DNA from: Clostridia bacterium
GTDB taxonomy: Bacteria; Bacillota; Clostridia; Oscillospirales; CAG-272
DNA: 59,144 nucleotides
Direction: 5' to 3'
Assembly: GCA_017531765.1 (NCBI GenBank)
Contig: JAFXKJ010000075.1
Location: forward strand, 1 to 59,144
Below, piece by piece: positions 49,541-58,245 of the stretch. The position numbers and the translations under genes are program-made. The notes beneath the pieces were generated by a model that saw only the letters and a program-made list of their open reading frames with translations, had not been told where the DNA came from and searched no databases. Position 1 is the stretch's first letter; every line of letters starts with the position of its first letter.

Positions 49541-49557
49541 GAAACATCTCCGATTGA

Positions 49558-50652
49558 TTAAACGTTAAATCTGAAGAGAACTACGTCGCCGTCTGCGATT
49601 ACGTATTCCTTACCTTCACTTCTAACTAGCCCCTTTTCCTTAGCCGCTGTCATGGAACCGCAAGCCATAAGATCATCAAACGCTACGATCTCAGCTCTGA
49701 TAAAGCCTCTCTCAAAATCGCTGTGGATCTTTCCCGCAGCCTGAGGAGCCTTTGTTCCGCGAACGATCGTCCATGCTCTTACTTCCTTGGGCCCCGCTGT
49801 AAGATAGCTGATATAGCCGAGGATAGCGTAGCTTGCCTTGATAAGTCTGTCAAGACCGCTTTCGTTAATTCCCATCTCTTCAAGGAACATTGCCTTCTCT
49901 TCGGCGTCAAGCTCAGCGATCTCAGCTTCGATTCCCGCACATACGGGGATAACCTCAGCGCCTTCCGCCTCAGCAGCTTCCTTAACCTTTGCAAAGAATA
50001 CGTTATCGGGGGAAACTCCGCCTGCCTCATCCTCGGAAACGTTTGCAACGTAGATTACGGGCTTCATTGTGAGAAGCGCAACGTCGGAAAGGATCGTAAG
50101 CTCTTCCTCGGTAAAGTCCATCGTACGCGCGGTAATTCCCTCTTCAAGAGTAGCTTTTACACGGTTAAGAAGAGCAAGCTCGCCTGCAAGAGTCTTGTCA
50201 CCCTTGAGAAGCTTTTCTGTCTTTGTGATCCTTCTTTCGATCATTTCAATATCGGAGAAGATAAGCTCAAGGTTTATAGTTTCAAGGTCGCGGACGGGGT
50301 CTACACCACCATCAACGTGAATAATGTCATCATTCTCAAAGCAACGAAGAACGTGAACTACAGCATCAACGTCACGGATATGAGAAAGGAACTTGTTACC
50401 GAGACCTTCACCCTTGGATGCACCGCGAACGAGACCTGCGATGTCAACGAACTCAACGGTTGCGGGAGTGTAAAGTTCGGGATCGTACATTTCAGCAAGA
50501 CGGTCAAGACGGCTGTCAGGTACCTGAACGATACCTACGTTGGGATCGATGGTACAGAAGGGATAGTTGGCGCTTGCCGCACCTGCACCTGTAATTGCGT
50601 TAAAAAGAGTACTTTTGCCGACGTTGGGCAAACCTATGATACCGAGTTTCAT
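49558..50652 (-). CDS. ychF: Redox-regulated ribosome-binding ATPase YchF
   Basis: MKLGIIGLPNVGKSTLFNAIT, DIAGLVRGASKGEGLGNKFL, and the C-terminal TGS-like segment AAGKIHSDFERGFIRAE. Confidence 0.95.
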   Translation of the reverse strand: MKLGIIGLPNVGKSTLFNAITGAGAASANYPFCTIDPNVGIVQVPDSRLDRLAEMYDPELYTPATVEFVDIAGLVRGASKGEGLGNKFLSHIRDVDAVVHVLRCFENDDIIHVDGGVDPVRDLETINLELIFSDIEMIERRITKTEKLLKGDKTLAGELALLNRVKATLEEGITARTMDFTEEELTILSDVALLTMKPVIYVANVSEDEAGGVSPDNVFFAKVKEAAEAEGAEVIPVCAGIEAEIAELDAEEKAMFLEEMGINESGLDRLIKASYAILGYISYLTAGPKEVRAWTIVRGTKAPQAAGKIHSDFERGFIRAEIVAFDDLMACGSMTAAKEKGLVRSEGKEYVIADGDVVLFRFNV

Positions 50653-50721
50653 GTTATCAGCCTTTCAATTATGTATATGTTATATATTTTTCGATTTAAG
50701 AGTGAATCACTCACAGCGTAT

Positions 50722-50750
50722 ATTCTACCACAAAATCCGCAAAGTTTCAA
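50722..50750 (-). promoter_or_regulatory. Sigma-A promoter of ychF
   Basis: On the minus strand: TTGAAA (50750-50745), a 17-nt spacer ending in TG-G, then TAGAAT (50727-50722). Confidence 0.5.
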
Positions 50751-50906
50751 GTAAAACTAAAAATAATAATTTAATCACATTTGTTTAACGACTCATTTAT
50801 TAAAACATCACACAAAAAACATACAGTGTTCACAGTTGTAATGTACAATAGTGTTAGGAAATGAAATTTCAGTAAAAATATAATTTCAAATATCGCGCAA
50901 AAACAT

Positions 50907-50935
50907 TTGACAAATCTTGAAAACTATAGTATAAT
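50907..50935 (+). promoter_or_regulatory. Consensus sigma-A promoter of the two-component system operon
   Basis: TTGACA (50907-50912), a 17-nt spacer, then TATAAT (50930-50935). Confidence 0.6.
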
Positions 50936-50976
50936 ATTTTTTAAGAAAAGTATTTATGAACATTGGAGGTATAATT

Positions 50977-51666
50977 ATGGCAACCAAAATCTTAGTTGTA
51001 GTCGATGATCCCAATATTTGCGATTTACTCAGACTTTATTTTGAAAACGAAGGATATGAAGTAAAGACTGCATCTGACGGTGCTGAGGGAGTAAGCTTTT
51101 TCAAAATGTATGAGCCTGATCTTGTACTCCTTGACATAATGTTACCCAAAAAGGACGGTTGGCAGGTATGTCGCGAAATTCGTGAATCTTCATCTAAGCC
51201 CATCATCATGATTACAGCAAAGGGTGAGGTTTTTGACAAGGTCCTCGGTCTTGAGCTCGGTGCAGACGATTTTGTTGTAAAGCCTTTCGATATGAAAGAG
51301 CTTTCTGCACGTATCAAAGCTGTACTTCGCCGTTATGCTGCACACGATAATCAGAATGATGTTGATGTTATCAAATTCGAGAATATTGAGATCAGCAAAC
51401 AGAAGTACGAGCTTAAACTCAACGGCAAGCCCGTTGATATTCCCCCAAAAGAGCTTGAACTTCTATATTTTCTCGCATCCAACTTCAACAGAGTTTTCAC
51501 GAGAGATCAGCTTCTTGACAAGGTTTGGGGATTTGACTATCTCGGAGACTCACGTACTGTAGACGTTCACGTAAAAAGACTTCGTGAGAAGCTTGAGGGT
51601 GTTTCCGATAAGTGGTCTCTGAAGACAGTTTGGGGCGTTGGCTATAAATTCGAACATATTCAGTAA
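50977..51666 (+). CDS. OmpR/PhoB family response regulator
   Basis: Receiver domain: ILVVVDD, LVLLDIMLPKKDG, VVKPF. Winged-helix output: RTVDVHVKRLREKL and TVWGVGYKF. GGAGG lies 7 nt upstream of ATG 50977. Confidence 0.9.
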   Translation: MATKILVVVDDPNICDLLRLYFENEGYEVKTASDGAEGVSFFKMYEPDLVLLDIMLPKKDGWQVCREIRESSSKPIIMITAKGEVFDKVLGLELGADDFVVKPFDMKELSARIKAVLRRYAAHDNQNDVDVIKFENIEISKQKYELKLNGKPVDIPPKELELLYFLASNFNRVFTRDQLLDKVWGFDYLGDSRTVDVHVKRLREKLEGVSDKWSLKTVWGVGYKFEHIQ

Positions 51667-51680
51667 ATCAAAGTACACAG

Positions 51681-51702
51681 CCGTTGCGGTGCTCCGCAAC
51701 GG
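51681..51702 (+). other. Intercistronic hairpin between the regulator and kinase genes
   Basis: CCGTTGCGG (51681-51689) pairs with CCGCAACGG (51694-51702). No U-tract follows, so it is probably not a full terminator. Confidence 0.4.
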
Positions 51703-51744
51703 TATTGTGCTTATATAGATTTTTTCAGAGAAAGGATAATTATC

Positions 51745-53276
51745 TTGTTCAAAAGTGTATTTATAAAGTACGTTACGGCATTCATGCTGATAAATATATC
51801 GTGTATGATAATACTGACTACGATAATTTCCTCAATAATCAGCACCTATAATGCAAACGTCAAAGAAAACACATTAAAAAATGCGGCTCAGTATATTTCG
51901 GAATATCTCAGCGACGGTGTTAATAACAAGGATTTTAATGACATTCACGAATATACTACTGTCTATCCCGAAACGATCCATACTTATCTTGATATAATGA
52001 GCGTAAACGTTGACAAACTCACAATTCTTGTAACAGACGAAACCGGAAAGGTTGTAATTATCGGAGGATCTGAAGCCACTCAGAATTTTGACCATGTAAC
52101 AGATGACGGCTTAACTCTCACAATACCCAAAGAGTTTATAAACAAGCTGAAAACAGATAAATATGTTTCCGAACATTCCAAGCTAAACGGAGTATTTGAA
52201 AAAGAACACATTATCTATTCTCTTCCCATTTACGCTGATAACCGTATGATAGGAGCTGTAATTGCGTGCTCAGATAATGCGGGAATGAACGTACTCCTTG
52301 ACGGCACCGTAAAAACTATTTTCATGTCTACTCTTTGGATCATGCTGGCGATGCTCGTTGCTGTATATTTTATCAGCGAAAGGCTTGTGTCTCCCATAAA
52401 AGCAATGAGCCGAGCAGCTAAAATGTTTGCCAAAGGCAAATTCGATGTTCGGATTCCCGTTTACGGTGACGATGAAGTATCGGAGCTGGCAACTGCATTC
52501 AACAATATGGCGTCTTCCCTGTCGACAAACGAGGAAATGAGACGTGTATTCCTCGCTAACGTCTCACACGACCTCAGAACTCCCATGACAACCATATCAG
52601 GTTTTATTGACGGTATCATCGACGGGGCAATTCCTCCCGAAAAGCATGAATATTATCTTGGAATAATAGCATCTGAGGTCAGACGTCTTTCAAGACTGGT
52701 TTCTTCTCTTCTTGATATATCAAAAATCCAAGCGGGAGAGCGTAAGTTTACGAAAATTTCATTTGATATTTGCGAGCTATGCAGACAGGTCTTGATCTCG
52801 TCAGAGCAAAGAATTGAAACAAACACCTTGACGTTGATTTCCGCTGTGACAATGACAATATGTTCGTTATAGGAGACATGGATGCTATACATCAGGTGGT
52901 ATATAATCTTTTTGATAACGGGATTAAATTTTCTCGCGATAAAGGAAGATATGTTATCGAAATCAAAGAAAACTCTCAAAAAATTGAAGTCAGCGTATTC
53001 AACGAGGGTGACGGTATTTCCGAGAGTGATATTCCTTATGTATTTGACCGTTTTTACAAAAGTGATAAGAGTCGCGGACTTGACAAAACGGGTGTCGGTC
53101 TCGGACTTTATATTTCACGTACGATTATCGAAGCTCATAATGAAAACATATGGGTTGGAAGCAAGCAGGGTGAGTGGTGCAAATTTACGTTCAGCCTTTC
53201 AAAAGGTACTGCGCCGAAAAACACCTTACTTCCCGATAAAATAAGAGATGAAATCGGAGGTTCACATGATCTATAA
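51745..53276 (+). pseudogene. Sensor histidine kinase interrupted by a -1 frameshift
   Basis: ORF 51745-52872 carries the TM segments, a HAMP-like region and the H-box FLANVSHDLRTPMTTISGF. ORF 52860-53276, in another frame, carries the N box (VYNLFDNGIKFS), G1 (FNEGDGIS) and G2 (GVGLGL). The frames rejoin if one A is added to the AAA run at 52817-52819 (...EQRIENKHLDVDFRCDNDNMFVIGD...). Confidence 0.75.
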
Positions 53277-54402
53277 TTATATAGCGACTTGTCTTTTCGG
53301 ACTTGAAGGTTTTCTCGGTGAAGAGATCGATACTTTGGGTTACAAAAGAATCGAAACGATCGACGGTAGAATTACTTTTGAGGGTGATACATCCGCTGCT
53401 GCAAGATGTAATGTTTTTCTGAGATTTGCCGAAAGACTCTATCTTTCAATAGGTAGTTTCAAAGCATTCTCTTTTGATGAATTATTTGAAAAGACAAAAG
53501 CCCTGCCCCTTGAAGATTTTATCGAATATTCCGATGAATATCCCGTAAGCGGTCATTCCATCAAAAGCAAGCTGTTCTCTGTTCCCGACTGTCAAAGAAT
53601 AATAAAAAAAGCTATTTCTGTTAAGCTTGGTAACATTTACGGAGTATCAAAACTTCCGGAAGACGGTGTCAGAAAGAAGATCGAATTCTTTATTCTTAAA
53701 GACAAGGTAACGCTCATGATTGACCTCTCGGGCACCCCTCTCCATAAGCGAGGTTACCGACCCGAAACTGTCGCCGCACCTCTCAGAGTAACCTTGGCGG
53801 CTGCTCTTGTTAAGACTTCCCGACCAAGAGAAGGTGTTATGCTCCGTGATCCTTTTTGCGGGTCAGGTACCATAGCAATCGAAGGTGCAATGATGATGAA
53901 AAATATTGCTCCAGGTATGAAAAGAAGCTTTGCTGGCGAAAATTATCCGATGTTTGACAGCGGTATATGGTCAAAGGCACGAGAAGAGGCGGCGGATCTG
54001 GTGAAGTCGAACGTGAACTTTGAAGCTTACGGGTCAGATATTGACCCCGAATGTGTCAGAATTTCAAGAGAATCGGCTCTGCGTGCAGGTGTTAGCGATA
54101 TAACACGCTTTGACGTGATGAACGCTATGGAAATCAGTACCGAAGGAAAGCGTGGAACTATAGTAACAAATCCGCCTTACGGAGAAAGACTTATGACCGA
54201 AGCAGAAGCTGAAGCTCTCTACACAGATATGGGTGAGCATTTCAAAACTCTTGGAATGTGGCAGTTCTACATACTGACACCCCACGAAGGATTTCCAAAA
54301 CTATTCGGAAGACACGCTGATAAGATCCGAAAGCTGTACAACGGAATGATTCCCTGCTACCTTTACCAATTTTTCAAAAATCCAAAACGGACAAACGAAT
54401 AA
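53266..54402 (+). CDS. THUMP-domain class I SAM-dependent RNA methyltransferase (RlmL/YpsC-like)
   Basis: The N-terminal ferredoxin-like/THUMP region begins MIYNYIATCLFGLEGFL. Methyltransferase motifs DPFCGSGTIAIEGA and IVTNPPYGERL. GGAGG lies 5 nt upstream of ATG 53266. Confidence 0.85.
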   Translation: MIYNYIATCLFGLEGFLGEEIDTLGYKRIETIDGRITFEGDTSAAARCNVFLRFAERLYLSIGSFKAFSFDELFEKTKALPLEDFIEYSDEYPVSGHSIKSKLFSVPDCQRIIKKAISVKLGNIYGVSKLPEDGVRKKIEFFILKDKVTLMIDLSGTPLHKRGYRPETVAAPLRVTLAAALVKTSRPREGVMLRDPFCGSGTIAIEGAMMMKNIAPGMKRSFAGENYPMFDSGIWSKAREEAADLVKSNVNFEAYGSDIDPECVRISRESALRAGVSDITRFDVMNAMEISTEGKRGTIVTNPPYGERLMTEAEAEALYTDMGEHFKTLGMWQFYILTPHEGFPKLFGRHADKIRKLYNGMIPCYLYQFFKNPKRTNE

Positions 54403-54411
54403 TTCTCCCCT

Positions 54412-54447
54412 CCCCCGTCAATAATAGTTTAACTGTATTGATGGGGG
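54412..54447 (+). promoter_or_regulatory. Hairpin that sequesters the Shine-Dalgarno sequence of the GerA-family gene
   Basis: CCCCCGTCAATA (54412-54423) pairs with TATTGATGGGGG (54436-54447) with one wobble. The 3' arm contains the only SD-like sequence (GGGGGTGA), 4-7 nt before GTG 54455. Confidence 0.45.
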
Positions 54448-54454
54448 TGATTTC

Positions 54455-55882
54455 GTGATAAACGATGATTCGGTTCTCAGCGGTGAATTTGAGAGGGACG
54501 TTAGAAATCTTGACAGAGTAATGAGAGTCAACGAGAGTTTCGACCTTATTAAGCGTGAAATGGAAGTTGCCAATAATAAAATAGTCATGTATTACATTGA
54601 TGGATTTGTTAAAGCCGAAATGATGCAAAAGCTTATGGTCCACTTTGTATCTCTGACGGATTTCGGCGACGGAAGTGACACAGCGGCTGAAAAATTCGCA
54701 AAAGAATCGATACCGACTGTTGAAGTAGATGTTACAGCATCGGTAGATTCCATTGTTTTCAGTGTTCTCAGCGGATGTACCGCTTTTCTTTGTGAGGGTT
54801 TCGGGAAAAATGCAATAATCATTGATGCCAGAACATATCCTGCAAGAAGCACAGAAGAACCTGAAAACGACAGAGTTATGAGAGGAAGCCGTGACGGTTT
54901 TGTGGAAACCATGATATTTAACACGGCAATGATCAGGCGCAGGATAAGAGATCCCGACTTTACCGTTAAATATATAAACGCGGGAAGCAAATCGAGAACG
55001 GATATGGCACTATGTTATTTGGCTGACCATGCTGATATGGATTACGTACATGATCTTGAAAAAAAGCTTTCTGATCTGAAGACAACTTCACTTACAATGG
55101 GTCACAGAAGTGTTGTTGAATCACTTGTACGAAAAGGATGGTATAACCCATTCCCGAAGATTCGAACAACCGAACGCCCCGATGCCGCTTGTGCAACAAT
55201 ACTTGAAGGCGGTGTTGTTTTGATCTGTGACAACAGCCCGGAGGCGATGATCTTCCCGACTTCTCTTTTTGATTTTCTTCAGGAATCCGATGACTATTAT
55301 TTTCCGCCAATGACCGGAACGTATCTCAGGATTCTGAGACATCTCATCTTTTGGATGACTGTTCTCTTGACTCCCGTCTGGTATTTGCTCCTAAGACATG
55401 AAAATGTACTTCCGGAATGGTTAAATTTTATCGTGCCAAAGAATCCAGGTGAACTCCCGATTATTTTTCAATTGTTTCTTACCGAATTTGCACTTGACGG
55501 TCTGAAGCTTGCCTCCCTTAATACCCCGAATATGCTGTCAAATTCACTATCTGTGGTAGGCGGTCTGCTTCTTGGCGATTTTGCCGTTGCAGTCGGATGG
55601 TTGTCACCTGACGTTATTTTGTATATGGCATTCGTTGCAATTGCAAACTTTACTCAATCCAGCTACGAACTCGGATATGCATTCAAATATATGAGAATGC
55701 TGATTCTCTTCTTAACAGCACTTTTTGATATTTACGGCTTTGCGGCAGGAATTCTGATTTCATTGATCCTTGCTGCAACAAACAACACCGTAAACGGAAA
55801 AAGAAATTATCTATATCCGCTGATTCCTTTCAACGGCAAAGCTCTCGGAAGACTGTTGTTCAGGCTGAAAAAACGCGACTGA
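54455..55882 (+). CDS. GerA-family spore germination protein (stand-alone, SpoVAF-like)
   Basis: N-terminal soluble GerA-type domain: IVMYYIDGFV, FLCEGFGKNAIIIDARTYPARS, EPENDRVMRGSRDGFVE. A C-terminal multi-TM region follows. No GerB or GerC partner lies adjacent. Confidence 0.75.
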   Translation: MINDDSVLSGEFERDVRNLDRVMRVNESFDLIKREMEVANNKIVMYYIDGFVKAEMMQKLMVHFVSLTDFGDGSDTAAEKFAKESIPTVEVDVTASVDSIVFSVLSGCTAFLCEGFGKNAIIIDARTYPARSTEEPENDRVMRGSRDGFVETMIFNTAMIRRRIRDPDFTVKYINAGSKSRTDMALCYLADHADMDYVHDLEKKLSDLKTTSLTMGHRSVVESLVRKGWYNPFPKIRTTERPDAACATILEGGVVLICDNSPEAMIFPTSLFDFLQESDDYYFPPMTGTYLRILRHLIFWMTVLLTPVWYLLLRHENVLPEWLNFIVPKNPGELPIIFQLFLTEFALDGLKLASLNTPNMLSNSLSVVGGLLLGDFAVAVGWLSPDVILYMAFVAIANFTQSSYELGYAFKYMRMLILFLTALFDIYGFAAGILISLILAATNNTVNGKRNYLYPLIPFNGKALGRLLFRLKKRD

Positions 55883-55947
55883 CATTAAAAACTGATTGTA
55901 CGGTTGTTTATTCCTTCTAATTGTATTAAGAAAATCATTTATAAAAA

Positions 55948-55987
55948 AGAGAAATTCGGCTGGTTTTACGTCGAATTTCTCTTTTTA
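55948..55987. terminator. Bidirectional terminator (GerA-family gene / AraC gene)
   Basis: AGAGAAATTCG (55948-55958) pairs with CGAATTTCTCT (55972-55982). AAAAA lies upstream and TTTTT downstream. Confidence 0.8.
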
Positions 55988-56017
55988 TGTGTTTTTTGTT
56001 CTCTTGTATTACAAGTT

Positions 56018-56836
56018 TCATTTGAGATATTTGGAAGGTGGAACGCCCATTTCTCTCTTGAAGGTCATGGTAAAATAATTAGGACTTGAAAAATTCATAA
56101 TTTCAGAAATATCGGCAACTCCCACACCGCTTTTCAGCAGTTCACAAGCGCGAATAATACGAAGCTTTTTATAATAGTCCATAACTCCGCAACCTGCGTA
56201 TTGCCTGAAAATTTTCTTCATATTGCTAACGCCTAAAAGGCACAGTCTTGCTATCTCTTCAGCATTAAGGTTACCGTCCACGTTGTTTTTCAGTACACCA
56301 AGTATTTTTCTGTACTTTCCTGCGCTTACAGAGGAGAGCTGTACTGATGCGGGCGTCGTTTCAGAGGCGGTAGTCAGTAAAAACAGCTCGTATTTCATTA
56401 TCGCTCTATGCTCATCTATCGGACCTCCGCTACCTTTTTTCACAGGAATCTCGTTGCAGTCGAAGGTAACAATAATGTCATTAAAAGCTTCCGTAAGCTG
56501 ATGTCTGAGGGTCGTATTCAGATTAAACACACCTGAACAAAGAGAGGCAATATCGTTACCGACAGAATGAAAGGATATTATCATATATTTAGCACGCTGT
56601 CCCTTCTTTACCCAAAGACGGTGAAACTCAAAGGGTGCGTGAAGTACCATCTGACCTCGTCTGAGCTCATATATCTGATCATCTTCCGATGACATAATAA
56701 CACCGTCGATGCAATATACCATTTCCCAAACTTCGTGCAGTTCCCCCGGGAAATAGAAATCGTCAGATACTTCAGCTTCAAACGCACTGAATATGTATTT
56801 TATATAAAAATCATGATGAGGAGTGTAACTCATCAC
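56018..56836 (-). CDS. AraC family transcriptional regulator (cupin sensor plus HTH)
   Basis: An N-terminal cupin-like domain and a C-terminal AraC HTH: LNAEEIARLCLLGVSNMKKIFRQYAG...ISEIMNFSSPNYFTMTFKREMGVPPSKY. Confidence 0.85.
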   Translation of the reverse strand: MMSYTPHHDFYIKYIFSAFEAEVSDDFYFPGELHEVWEMVYCIDGVIMSSEDDQIYELRRGQMVLHAPFEFHRLWVKKGQRAKYMIISFHSVGNDIASLCSGVFNLNTTLRHQLTEAFNDIIVTFDCNEIPVKKGSGGPIDEHRAIMKYELFLLTTASETTPASVQLSSVSAGKYRKILGVLKNNVDGNLNAEEIARLCLLGVSNMKKIFRQYAGCGVMDYYKKLRIIRACELLKSGVGVADISEIMNFSSPNYFTMTFKREMGVPPSKYLK

Positions 56837-56965
56837 AAAAACCTCCTAAAGTATCTAAAATCATAGGTTTTGTATTCAAAATTGTATTTACATATGAAAA
56901 CAAACGCTTTATAATTGTATTATACAATGAAAAATTTAACTTGTAAATACACGGAGGTAAATTTC

Positions 56966-58192
56966 ATGTCAAAAATTAAGGTTGGTTTCCTCGGTCTCGG
57001 CAATCGCGGACGCTGTATGCTTACTACTATCGTAAAATGCTTTGAAAACGTGGAAATCGTTGCCGTATGCGACCCTTATATCGAAAGAGCTGAAGAGGGC
57101 GTGGAAATCGTCAGGGTTTTCGGAAAATACGAACCCGCAATGACTCTCAACTCTGATGAGGTTATCGCAAGAGACGACATTGACGTTGTCATGATCTTTA
57201 CTTCATGGGAAGCCCATGTTGATCTTGCAGTTCAGGCTATGCGTGCAGGCAAGAAAGTTGCTATGGAAGTCGGCGGAGCATATTCTCTCCACGACTGTAA
57301 CCGCCTTATCGATGCTTATCATGAAACAGGTATCCATGTTATGATGCTTGAGAACGCGTGCTACTGTGACACCGAGCTTGCTGTACTTAAAATGGTAAGA
57401 GAAGGTCTTTTCGGTGAGATCGTTCATTGCGAGGGCGGCTATATGCACGACCTGAGAGACGAGGTTGCAGGAGGTAACAAGAACAAACACTACAGACTCA
57501 GAAACTACCTCAACAGAAACTGCGAAAACTATCCCACTCACGAATTTGGTCCTATAGCCAAGGTGCTTAACATTAACCACGGAAACAGAATATTATCTCT
57601 CTCTTCATTTGCATCTAAAGCTCGCGGATTAAAGGAATTTGTAAATTCTCATGCTGAGGATTACCCCGAGCTTGTTGGGCGTGATTTCAGACAGGGCGAT
57701 ATTATCACAACTGTCATAACCTGCGCTGACGGTGCGACTGTCGTTCTCAATCTGGATACCACTCTTCCCCGTACATATTCAAGAAAGTTTACTGTTAGAG
57801 GAACAAAGGGTTCATTCTATGAGGATATGAACAGCGTGTACATTGATGAGCCGGGTGCTCACGAACGCGATGCAAAGTCTTATTGGGACAGTGCTAAAGA
57901 ATACGTTAAGAAGTACAGACATCCTCTTTGGGACAAGTACGAGGAGATTGCCAGAACTTCTGGTCACGACGGCGTTGACTTCATGGTTCTCGGTGCTTTC
58001 TTTGAAAGTGTTGAAAAGGGTGTGACACCTCCCATCGATATTTACGACACCGTTACTTGGATGGCGATCACCCCTCTTTCCGAAAAATCAATTGCTCTCG
58101 GCGGCGCTCCCGTAGACTTCCCCGATTTTACAGGCGGTAAATGGATACTCCCCCGCGAAAAGTCTGACCTTGAATTCACTCTCGATTGGTAA
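56966..58192 (+). CDS. Gfo/Idh/MocA family NAD-binding protein, GH109-like (possible NAD-dependent glycosidase)
   Basis: Rossmann start KVGFLGLGNRGR. The central block MLENACYCDTELAVLKMVREGLFGEIVHCEGGYMHDLRDE...HYRLRNYLNRNCENYPTHEFGPIAK resembles my recollection of GH109 alpha-N-acetylgalactosaminidases. GGAGG lies 8 nt upstream of ATG 56966. There is no signal peptide. Confidence 0.7.
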   Translation: MSKIKVGFLGLGNRGRCMLTTIVKCFENVEIVAVCDPYIERAEEGVEIVRVFGKYEPAMTLNSDEVIARDDIDVVMIFTSWEAHVDLAVQAMRAGKKVAMEVGGAYSLHDCNRLIDAYHETGIHVMMLENACYCDTELAVLKMVREGLFGEIVHCEGGYMHDLRDEVAGGNKNKHYRLRNYLNRNCENYPTHEFGPIAKVLNINHGNRILSLSSFASKARGLKEFVNSHAEDYPELVGRDFRQGDIITTVITCADGATVVLNLDTTLPRTYSRKFTVRGTKGSFYEDMNSVYIDEPGAHERDAKSYWDSAKEYVKKYRHPLWDKYEEIARTSGHDGVDFMVLGAFFESVEKGVTPPIDIYDTVTWMAITPLSEKSIALGGAPVDFPDFTGGKWILPREKSDLEFTLDW

Positions 58193-58245
58193 GTTTTTTA
58201 ACTTTTTTCAAAATAACCAAACAAAATTACAAGGAGGAAAAGAAA

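Noticed and set aside
49723-50754. 343-aa plus-strand ORF.
   Set aside because: It is antisense to ychF, one of the most conserved genes in the window, so it is a shadow ORF.
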